NCBI GenBank assembly: GCA_002269645.1
Contig: NIVC01000902.1
Location: 69,477-99,535 of the forward strand
Direction of reading: 5' to 3'
DNA from: Macrostomum lignano
Lineage: Eukaryota
Length of the DNA stretch: 30,059 nucleotides
Shown here: positions 1-11,300 of the stretch, in pieces
Layout: each line of letters starts with the position of its first letter
How positions within the stretch are numbered: the first letter of the stretch is position 1
Notes under the pieces: generated by a model
Seen by the model: only the letters and a program-made list of their open reading frames with translations
Told to the model about the DNA's origin: nothing
Database searches by the model: none
Translations under genes and position numbers: made by a program

Positions 1-69
1 CCAAATTTTCTGATTTTGTTGGCATAAATACGAATTACATGTAGGTAAAATCTATTATTGTTTTTTTAG

Positions 70-2397
70 ATCCAGAGTTGCAAGACATAACCGGAACTTC
101 CTGTTTGGACATCTTCAAGAAAGGATTCTACCTCTCTGACTACTACCTGATCAACAATGAGAGTCAGTATTGCCACCTGGCTGGTTAGTGAAATTGCCTA
201 CAAGTGTCGTTTTTCAAGTATCATTTTTGATCTTGATAGTTAATAAGAGCCAATCCCAAACTATGACCTGGCAGACAACTCATCCAGTCAGTGCGCCAAC
301 GGCAGCTTCGCATTCAATGGCTCTTGCTTTACCTTTCACAATCGCCCGGCTACGTTTGAGACGGCAAGCCAGAGCTGCGCCTCCTCGGGCGGACTGCTAG
401 CCAGTTTTGCTACTGTGGAGCGACTGGAGTTTTTAAAGATGACTCTCTCAAGTAGGTTGCTTTAGTGCTTTGTGGAAATCTTTCATCTTCGGGAATTAAG
501 CAGACAGTACGCGTGTGATATTTTCAAATAGCTTTCAAAAAAGGTGGTCACCATAGGCGCGCACCGGCACAAGCGCCAGTGTACTTTATGTCAAAGATCG
601 GGCATACTCGCGAGATCACAGGTGTACACGCGCAGATCAATGCGCAGTCAATGCTTGGTAGTAGATAAAGGTGATCAAGGTGTTTATTCGCCTTTCACAA
701 AGTACTTGATTGCACTGTATTTGTACGAAGTATTCGTACTAAAGTTCTGAACGCAATGAAAATTATTTGAGTCACAAAAACAAACAGATGTGCACTCGCT
801 GACGAACTCATCCAACTGGTGGCTCGGCTTCACCGACTCAAAGCAGCTCAAGATCCCCACGTGGCTCAACGGACACATCTACTCGGACAGCCAGCTGTTC
901 CCCCATGCTCGGACATTCCTGTTCAATCGCGGCTCGAAATTCTCAATAAAAAATGCGCCTGTATTGGGAAACCCGACTGGCGACCCCCTGAATGCCGCTA
1001 CCCTCGCCAGCTACGTCTGCGAGCCGAGAAGGACCCGGGCTGCCTGAAGATGGTCAGCCTTGCAAATTTCACGCACCGGTCCAGCTTCATGAGCCTCTCC
1101 ATGTGCCGCTACCTCTGCTTCTCCGCTGGCTTTGCCTACTCAGCCGTGATGCAGCAGAACTGCTCCTGCCTCAGCAGCCTCTCGGTGGCTGAGTACGGCA
1201 TTGAGGACACCAGACCGCTGGACTACTGCAATGCGCGGTGTCCGGGAAATCCCGACCAGTTCTGCGGCCGGTCAGCTGAGCCATACTTCTCCGTGCACAG
1301 CGCAGGTCTGTGTAGAATTTCATTTATACCGTACGTCGAAAACTGGAAAATGTCTTCCTAATATTCTGAAATTTTAGAAAACCTGCCTCCCGCCGCGAAC
1401 TGCTCAGTTCTGTACGCCAACGATATTCACTATCGGTTTCGGTACAAACTCTACAACACCAGCGGCCACAACTACTACTTCATGAACTGCGGCTTCACGG
1501 GTATGAACTTATGAAATTATTATAATTATGACAATATTGTCATGCTAACGTAAGTGTAATCAGAGAGTTCAAACATATATATTAGAAAATAATAACTTCC
1601 AGACCAGACTGCCTGCTCTGACGGCTGGTACGGCTTCAAGGGCAGCTGCTACCGGACGTTCAACGAGTCCCTGACTGAGGCGGCGGCCAGCCAGGCCTGT
1701 GCGCTGAACAACAGCTTCCTGGTGACTTTCCCAAGCAGCGAGTATTACGAGTTCGTGAAGAGCCTGACCACGCTGCTGCCGTACCACGCCAAGTTTCCCA
1801 ACTGGCTGCTGGGCTACGCAAAGCTGGACGGCTCTCAGGCGCAATCGCCCGTCATCAGCGCGTTGGCGACTTCGCAATGTACACCGGCGGCCCGGCAGTG
1901 CCGGACAGAGCGGCTACTGGAAATCTGCACAATTCTTCATGCGCAACGGCTCGGTGGTCTTTGAACCAGCCGCCACTGAATTCGCGCCCGTCTGCATCAG
2001 CAGCTCAAGTCAGTTCAGGCGTTGAATTTCATATTTCTCACCATTAACGTGCTTTTTGAAGTTTATTAGTATCTACTGGAAGTTTTACAAATAAACTTCA
2101 GTCATTTTTATACACAACTTTTACCAGATTTTGCTGCCTGCGGCCCGGCCTCGAACAGTTCGATGTCGATGCCTCTGCCCAGCGAGCTGTACCAGATCCC
2201 GCAGCAGTGCCTGCAGCTGTGCCGCTCAGCTGGTCTGCCATATGCCGGCCTGCTGCCTGGGAACTGCAGCTGCAGCGGTGCGCTTTCAAATTCCGCTACG
2301 GATAGAACTCTGTCTGACTGCTACGTGCAGCAGTGCAGCCATGTGAACTTTTCCAACTGCGGCTTCAACAATACCAACTGGGCCTGGTACCGGACGA
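70..2397 (+). CDS. Two repeats of [2-Cys cap, C-type-lectin-like domain, WSC domain] (part of unit 1)
   Basis: CTLD motifs: QCANGSFAFNGSCFTF...ASQSCASSGGLL...NWWLGF...YVCE and ACSDGWYGFKGSCYRTF...ASQACALNNSFLV...NWLLGY...PVC. WSC motifs: GCLKM...MCRYLCFSAGFAYSAV...NCSC...CNARCPGNPDQFCG and QCLQLCRSAGLPYAGL...NCSCS...C...QC...NCG. Confidence 0.8.
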
Positions 2398-5300
2398 GTA
2401 AGCATTGTTTAACCATCGCTCTAATTCTGTCTTATTTATAGCAAACTTTTGGACAGCGGCATTTATCATAATCGATCTGCCGTTAACTCTGCTTTTTCGC
2501 CGTCAGATGTTTCACAGTTCCGAATCGCTTCATCCTGCCGGGACTTGCAGGGCATGCTTTTTATGCAGCCCAAATCCCACAGCCTGCAAATCAAAGACAC
2601 TCTGGAGATCTATACTGCTGACTGCTTTTCAGAAAGGTGCGTTTTTACAATCAGCTGCTAAAAACTTTATTGCTAAAGCCCAATCCATTAATTTCCTTAC
2701 AGTTCAAGCTATGGAGCCATCAGTGTGTCTGGAAGAGAAGCCAGGGTTGAATTTAATCAGTCAACCATTGTATCAGGATATATTATGAAAGGTTTGCTTT
2801 TGCTTCCACAGATTAGTGGTTCCATGTTTTTTCACTGGTAGTACTATTATATAATTGCCTAAAACAATACTTTTTCGTAGAAGACGACGTGTTCAAGACA
2901 TTCAAGTACAGCTACAACAACGCTGAGCTTCATTGCAGCGCTTTAGCAAACAATTTTGGAAATGAAGTGAGCATCCTGTAGAAACACTTTAGAACAGAAC
3001 TTTCCAGTGCTTGATAAGTTTGACACAGGTCACTAGAATCTTGAGAACCTGAACTCCGGCCAACCAAACCAAAACTATTTCAGCGGTACCCTGGTTTTGG
3101 CGCATTCTTCACTCCAAAGACGGTGTTGTTCCAGCGGCCTGTGCTGACCAACAACTTCAGGCTGGTGACAGCTCATTCTGGCTGGCAGTTCAGCTCCAAG
3201 CTGCAGCTGAGGCTGATAGCTCAGCCCTACAGCTCGTTCAACGGTTGGTTGAGGAGTTATTTTAGTCGGATAGGTTAAATGCATCGATGCCCTTTGGGTT
3301 CAGATTGTCTATAAACAAAATTAACCAACATATAGGGTATCGAGTGACTAGTAGCAGATAAATCTTGAAATCAACAGTGACTGAAGTGTTCTGAAACTCG
3401 AATTACTTGTGTTTCTTGTCTCACTGTGTCTCCTATTCCAGTGAGCAACTCCTACTTGGGCTGCTACTACCTGCAGTCCGGCCTAACAGCTGCTGATTCG
3501 ATAATGCCGCACTGGTCTGAGGCGGCCTCTCAAAACGAGTCGGCCTGCACTGAAGCTTGCAGATCGTGGGACCTGCCGTACGCCATGTTTCAAACGAAGA
3601 CGATATCGGGTGAGTCTTCGAGATGGGAATGTGCGGATAAGTAGCTGTTAAAGTTGAAACTTTGTTGGGTGAGTCTTGAATGTAGAATACAGCAAAGATT
3701 ATAAGCTAAGGAATTTTATAATTTCAGACAAAGAATCGCAGAATTTGGCCTACTGCGGATCCAGACACTGGCACTTTAGCCCGCAACTGGGCGGCTGTGT
3801 GGCAATCCACAAGAACATCAAGTTCAGGCCAGCCAGTGTGCTGCTGGCTGACTTCCATCCGGGCAAGCTCGCTACCGAGGCGGCGTCTCTGTGCGGGGAG
3901 ATCGGAGGCTCCGTGTTGGTGCACAACGACTCAAAGCTGCCCGTCTGGCTTAGTGAGCAGATGTCTCTACTGGCACACCTTAATACTGTATAACTTTAGG
4001 AGATCTAAGATCTAAATTAAAAACCATAAAATAATCAGGAAGCTGTGTCTGATGTGGCTTTTGTCGAATATCTTTCTACCTTTGTAGAAAGTTTGCAGGT
4101 GTTTGTAGCCTAGTGGTTAGAGCGTCGAACTGAAAGGTCGGGAGTTCGATTCTTGACCCACTCGAACAATTTGTGTCCTTGAGCAAGACACTTAACTCTG
4201 CATTGCTTCAGCTCACCCAGTTGTAAGCTGGAGTAATTGAGGGTGTGTGACGACCCCGCAGTCCTTGGACTGAACAGCCGTACGCAGCCTTCAGATGCTC
4301 CGCACAATAGCTGCGGCTAATTGTCGGTTGCACATCTGCCCGTTGCGGCAGTTGTAATCAATAATCAATAATTATTATTCTACTTTTCAGATATCCTTCA
4401 AGAATTTCAGCCAAAGCCGTGGGTCTATCTGCTGAATTCAAGTGAGAGTCTGAAAGCAATTTCACGCACTCAACTCAATGTACAAGTATTTTTTCAATGA
4501 TAATTTCATATTTTCAGCCACGGATTCGCTGGTGGCGTACTTTAGCGGCCTCGATGGCGCTGTGCAGAAATTTAAAGAAGCCTACAGCGCTGACCATCTG
4601 AAAATGCACAACCTTCAGCTGAGCCTTTACGCACGCTCAGAGTATCCTCTCATTTGCTTTAAAGGTACATTGAAGCTTGGTGGCGGTAGAGCTTGAGCAT
4701 TAGTTTGCGTTGCAGTAAACTCTACACAAAAGCTTTTTTTCACCGCAAATCAACTTATTTCAGAAGCAAACGCTTCAACGTACAATCAGAGCACAGAAAG
4801 CAGCAACGGTGGGTATATTTTCTCGAAGCTCTGAGTGAAAAATACAAATCGATATTGCTGCATGCAACATTTTTCTCCAACCACCGCATCAAGCAGGCAG
4901 CTGCTTCTGTACGGTGGACTACACCATCTATGGCAAAACCGGCTCGGACGAACTATGCTCAACCCCCTGCTCAATTGCTAATAAACCGCAGTGCCAGGAC
5001 AATGTAGCTAGAGTTCATCGCACCTGGAGTGAGTCGTTTTGATTTAGGGTCTGAATGGCTGAGTATCGGACATACATCAATGATTTTCGCTATTCACCTG
5101 CAGACCTGGCCTGCTTTAACACGCCATCTGTGCTGAACGCCAGCATCGAGTCGGAGCCGCAGCCACACCACCGAGTTGGCGACAAACTGCTGGCCAACTG
5201 CATCTACGGCTTCGAGTTTCTACCTGAGGTCAGGGACAACAGGACCTACGTGTGCGACCAGAGCGGCAGCTTTGCCTACCTGCTGAGCTCGGGGCACCGG

Positions 5301-8300
5301 TTCTACAACACTAGCGATGCGTGTGTTGGTGAGTGCTGCTTTACCTGAAATACTGCATAGGTCACCTGGTGTTCTGAAAGTTGTAGGCTAAGCAAACTCC
5401 TTGACGATTTCAGTAAAGCGCTGCCCAGCTCTCAACAACCAAACAAGTCCTTTAACTCTGGAATCAACCTACCTGTATCAGAATAGAACATGGATTGAAT
5501 CCACGGTTCAGGAATCGTCCGCCCGGTTCCTGTTCGACCACTCGGATCCGTACAACAATGCGGTCAACGCCACGGCTGTCAAGCGCTGCAATCAGGGCTT
5601 CCTGCCATCAGATGACACGGAGATGCTGTGTCTAATTGACAAAACCTGGTTGAATTTTGATTCTCCTTGCACCCGTGAGTTGATTTTTAACTATTCACAT
5701 TTCTCATACGAGTACTTGTAGATGAAACTACTGTAATTAAAATTTTATTAAATTTTTTATTTTTTTCAATCAATCAGGAATTGCGTGCCCGGAGCCAGAC
5801 AACCTGACTGATGCCTGGATTGATCGGGTTGTCGCAAACGCTGCCCCAATCAATGGTACTCAAGTGCTTGCCTACAGAGACTATGTGGTCTACCGAACGC
5901 GGCAGGGCTACGAATTCCCGCCAGTAGACGGCTCGGAGGCTGTCGGGCTGTCGGAGTGGCGCTCCGTCTGTCAGGCCACCGGCAACTGGAGCTCCGTGCC
6001 GCTGCCTCGGAGTGAGTGTCGTTTTATGCTGAGCTGGCTTCGTGGAGATGATGTGCCTGATTGACATGTACCGTACAAATAGTTGCACAACGCAATCTTG
6101 AGTCATTTCTTGAGCAGCGTCAGAGGGCTGGGGTGCAAACCTGGGCCGCGAACAGAACCTGGTGCACCGGCTTTGCCAACAGACAATCGCAATAACGCCG
6201 AGTAGGGCGTCTGCAGTGCCTGCAGCAGCACCTCCTTTATCGGCTCAGTGCCGATGATGTGGCCTGCTAAGTGGACTCGCCGGCACAGCAACTGAGGGCC
6301 AAGTGGTTGACCCGCTCATCCTAGATACCATTTTATTAAATCGAAACATTGGGAGCAAACACTAATTTCCACAATAGTCTATTCTTCGAAATTAATTTTC
6401 TACCAAAAATTGGTTTAACTACAGAGATCTACTGTCACCTGAGGATCTCCAACCTGACCGCCCTGCCGAACGTCAGCCTGTCGAACTACAACAGCTCCGC
6501 TGCTCACAGGTACCTGGACACAGCCGTGATTTCGTGCGCCAACTCAAGCACGCACGAGTTCGCGCTGGCGCCCAGCGTCCTGCAGTTCGACATTCAGTGC
6601 AATGCCGACCGGGTGTGGACGAATGAGTCGGTGTGGAGCCGGGGCTGTAGGCGTGAGTTTCAGAGATTTAGAGCTTGTGACTTTGCGAGCATACTGAGGG
6701 AGTTATTGGGAGAGTATCGCGCTTTTGCATCATCGTACCAGACTGGGTCTGAAATTGGTGCTGTGAATTTCTATCAGTCGCATTTCTCATTTCCAGTAAA
6801 AACCTGCCCGCCGCCCGAAATCGAGTCGGTGCCCTATCAGCTGGTCGGCGTCAGCATTAACCGCACGGAGTACATTAAGCGGCTGCTCACTCACCCGATC
6901 GTTAGCAGCAAAGCTTTCGTGTTCAGCGAGCTGCAGCTCAGCTGCCCTGACGGATTCTTTGCACCGGATGAGGCGCCGCGCTCAACTCTCTGCCTGCCGA
7001 ATGGTACTTGGACTGCGTTCGAAAACTGCTCAAGTGCGTTGTGATTTACCCTAAATTCAAATGCTATTCCTAGTCTTGCAGATACCAAAGTCAGGATACG
7101 AGTGTTGTGCTCAAAAGCAGGTTTTTCCATTGCTTCTGCCTGATTTTCAACCTCCAGGAAGCAGCTGCGGTGAGCCGCCAGCGGTAGGGAAGGCCAGAAT
7201 CACTCGAAATGCGTCCAACATTGTGGGAGAGAACTTTCGACTCTACGACACGGTCTACTACTTAGCAGATGCGGGCTACCAGTTTTCTGGTGTTGAGCGG
7301 CCCTGGCACTTCATCAGCTGCACTTGGAACTCCAGTCTCAATGAGAGCTTCTGGACTGACCTGCCTCCGGTAGAATGTGAGTGCCGAGTGTATCCTATAA
7401 ATCGCAATGCGTTTACTGATTAGTGACATGTGACCTGACAGAGTAACCTGTGACCTGACTGAGTGACCTGCGACCTGACAGAGTAACCTGTGACCTGACT
7501 GAGTGACCTGTGACCTGACAGAGTAACCTGTGAGCTGACTGAGTGTCCTGTGACCTGACAGAGTAACCTGTGAGCTGACTGAGTGACCTGTGACCTGACA
7601 GAGTAACCTGTGACCTGACAGAGTGACCTGTGACCTGACAGAGTAACCTGTGACCTGACAGAGTAACCTGTGACCTGACTGAGTGACCTGTGACCTGACT
7701 GAGTGACCTGTGACCTGACAGAGTAACCTGTGACCTGACTGAGTGACCTGTGACCTGACTGAGTGACATGTGACCTGACAGAGTAACCTGTGAGCTGACT
7801 GAGTGACATGTGACCTGACTGAGTGACCTGTGACCTGACTGAGTGACCTGTGACCTGACTGAGTGACATGTGACCTGACAGAGTAACCTGTGAGCTGACT
7901 GAGTGACATGTGACCTGACTGAGTGACCTGTGACCTGACTGAGTGACATGTGACCTGACAGAGTAACCTGTGAGCTGACTGAGTGACCTGTGACCTGACT
8001 GAGTGACATGTGACCTGACAGAGTAACCTGTGAGCTGACTGAGTGAACTGTGACCTGATAGAGTAACCTGTGAGCTGACTGAGTGACCTGTGACCTGACT
8101 TAATGAACTGTGACCTGACTGAGTGACATGTGACCTGACAGAGTAACCTGTGACCTGACTGAGTGACCTGTGACCTGACTGAGTGACATGTGACCTGACA
8201 GAGTAACCTGTGAGCTGACTGAGTGACCTGTGACCTGATAGAGTAACCTGTGACCTGACTGAGTGACCTGTGACCTGACTTAATGAACTGTGACCTGACT

Positions 8301-11300
8301 AAATGACCTGTGACCTGACTGAGTGACCTGTGCCACTTAAAAAGTGTAATTTTCGCGCATGAGGCGCGGGTCGGATGAGTTCAGTTGTCCATGTGAACAT
8401 TTATTTTGATCCGAGAAAGCATTGTATTTTTAGTAGGTTATAAAATATATCACTCAGAATGCTGCACTTCAATCTTTTCACTCATTGCAGTGGGCCGCTG
8501 CCCGGCACCTGCCGTCCCACAAGCCGTGTATCAAATGCCGACCTGGAACTCCACCGCCAAGGCAGTCGAATTTGTGAGGCTCAACGTGAGCCTCTTCGCT
8601 TTTTCTTCCAACATTTCGCAGCAATCTTTCTCCAGAAACTTCATTGTGTGCGCACCTGGGCACAAGAACCTTGACAGCGTAGATCACATCGAGTGCCAAT
8701 CAAGCTGGCACTGGAGTCCGATGCCCAACTGCTCTCGTGAGTAGCTATTAATCTGGACGTTAATGATAATTCCAGGTAGGTTTTGGGCACCCTGGAACAA
8801 CGACTCCGGCCACATCGTCCCAAAACCACTGATGGTGCTGCTCTGCCTATTCCGCAGACTCCTGAGTTCGTATTGAAAATGTTTCATTCTGCAGGTTTGA
8901 ACTGTCCGGAGCCCCCACAGATGAGCAACGCATCGGTGCAGAGCAGCGTGCTTCAGTCTCCGAACTCCAGCTGGTTTCTGTACGACTCCGTGATCTACAG
9001 AGCGAGTCCCGGCTTCCAGTTCAGTGCGGTGAACAGCACAGAGTGGTTCAGCACCTGTCTTTTGAAGAGCGACAATGTCACTACCTACTGGAGGGAAGTT
9101 GCGCCTCCGAAAAGTAAGGAATTTTTATCATGCAATGTCGGTTGTGCTTAAAGTTTGTAAAATACGCTGGTGACTTTCAATTACGTTTTACGCATGAACT
9201 GCCTCGCACCTTACCGTAGGAATTCAGTGTCGTCCAAATCTGAGCGAAATTTTCGATGCAACACTTCTTGATGTCATGAATTCAACGGGAACATTGTACT
9301 TGGACAGTGCTGTCCTGCGCTGTGCCAACTCATCCCTTCGCGAGTTGAGCGCCAGTCGGGATCACAATGAGCTGTCTACCCAGTGCCTGGCAAACGGTTC
9401 CTGGTCCAATGAGTGGCTGTGGAGCTCTGGGTGCTCTTGTAAGTGTCGTTTTCAGTTATTTACTAAATTTGTACTTAGCCTGCCAGCCATTTGTCTTGCA
9501 TTAAATTGGTAGCCCTTACATGTACTTGAAATTAATTTGCAAGCAGAGCCCAGAGAGCACTTTTTATTTTACAAATGCTCCCTTCCAGTCATCAACTTTT
9601 TGTTCAGTCAGCTCGTCGTCAGCCAACGCTCCTAGGCCCATGCATTGCACAGTTGCAATAAAAGTACATGTTGTTGAGTCAGATAGCTTACCCTATAATT
9701 TCACTCTATCAGACTACTTTTGGCCCATTACCTAAAAGATTGTAGCTTATGTATGAAGTATCGAATGTATGTCGCATTCAAGCCATCGCAAAAGTCAGCT
9801 AAACCGCATGAAATGCTCAACTTTCTCTCGGCAGTGAAAACCTGCCCAGGCTTCGTTGCAAACCAGGAGGAAGTGTACACGGTTCATTGTCACAACGGCA
9901 GCTTGGACTCCGTCTACAACCAGACCATAAGCGTCAGAGTCGCCCCATTCACCAACTCGAACGTGTCGGCAGCGCCTGTGCACACAGAAGTGCAGCTGTG
10001 GTGCCCAGCAACTCACTTTCTTCCGCCCAGCGCGCCCAATAAAACCTGGTGCCAAGAGACCAAGAACTGGTCTAGTTATGAGTCCTGCGTCAGTAAGTTT
10101 ATCTGCTTGAAATCCGATGCTTAAATTGTTTAAGTACTGTTGTATTGATTTGCTGGTTGACTGATTCGCCCTAGTTAATTGAAATGATGTCTTTTGACTC
10201 GGATTCAGTTGGTTTATCTCGCATTATAATCTCACTAAACATAACTTTTAGGACTGGCCTGCCCGTCACCGCCGGCCCCGTCTGGTGCCAGCGTCAGCAG
10301 CCACTTCCTCAACCGGCCGCCAGACCCGCAGCTGCGGCTTTTCGACAGCGTCTTCTACGAGGCTCTCAGCGGCTCCTACTTTACCGTCATCAACTCTACC
10401 TGGTGGCTGAGCACCTGTCTTCTAAATGAGTCCAGCGGCCTACCCTACTGGACCGAGCTGTTCCCACTTGAGAGTGAGTGAATGACGCACCAAGTGACGT
10501 CATTTGTATTCAACGTGTTTTTATACATGCATACAAAAATTAAGTTATTAGGTTCAATACTGAAATTGTCCTAAACAGTAACAGTATAGGAACCATTGAT
10601 ATCGGTCATTGTATTTGATTTTTAGCGGGCCAATGCGTTCCCGGAATCGCGGAGCTGTCCGCTCTGCCCGGTATTTCTCTGATCGGAAACTCGAGCGAGC
10701 TCAACCGCACAATCGAGATCCGCTGCCTCGACGCAGCATCGCAGGAGTTTTTGGACGCGCCATCCGTGACCGAGTTTCACTCCGTGTGCCAGCCTGGAGG
10801 ACAGTGGAGAAACTTCAGTCAGTGGGGACATGGCTGCGGCGGTGAGTCTGGATGTCGCGAGCTGGCAGGGATTGGCCTGGCTGTAGACTTAGAAAAGTAT
10901 ATATTAAATATTGCAAAGCAACGTTGCTGCTTTCTTCCAGCGTAGGTTTTAACAATTAAATAATGATAAAAGCTGTTACTTTAAGCATTTACTAATAAAA
11001 TCTTAATGGATACTTTATAGTATCCTGTGCGCAATATTTCAAGAGCTGAAGACCTAGAACTGGGTAGTCATTCTTATTCTCAAACTTTCTAGGACGAACC
11101 TGTGACGCCATTTCCGTCCTTGAGCGGCTCTTCACCATCGCGGAGATCAATGAGAACGCCCAGCTTGCTGGATACCGCAACATCAGCTTGTCCTCGCTTA
11201 ACTTGACGTTGCCTGCGGCTGCCCAGAACGGCAGCAAGCTGCCAGTTGGGACTCGCCTGAGCATCGGCTGCCCTCCCGGACTTCGGTGGCAGAGTGGCGC

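Noticed and set aside
1045-1047. TGA read-through or selenocysteine at the end of ORF 790-1047
   Set aside because: The downstream WSC is in a different frame, so the problem is an indel and not a stop.
4100-4175. Possible tRNA gene
   Set aside because: It has A and B boxes but no closed cloverleaf, continues into a SINE body and tail, and has a diverged second copy.
7262-8009. Three long minus-strand ORFs (149-215 aa, SQVTGHSVR repeats)
   Set aside because: They are translations of the 20-bp minisatellite in all three frames, lie inside an intron, and have no unique sequence.
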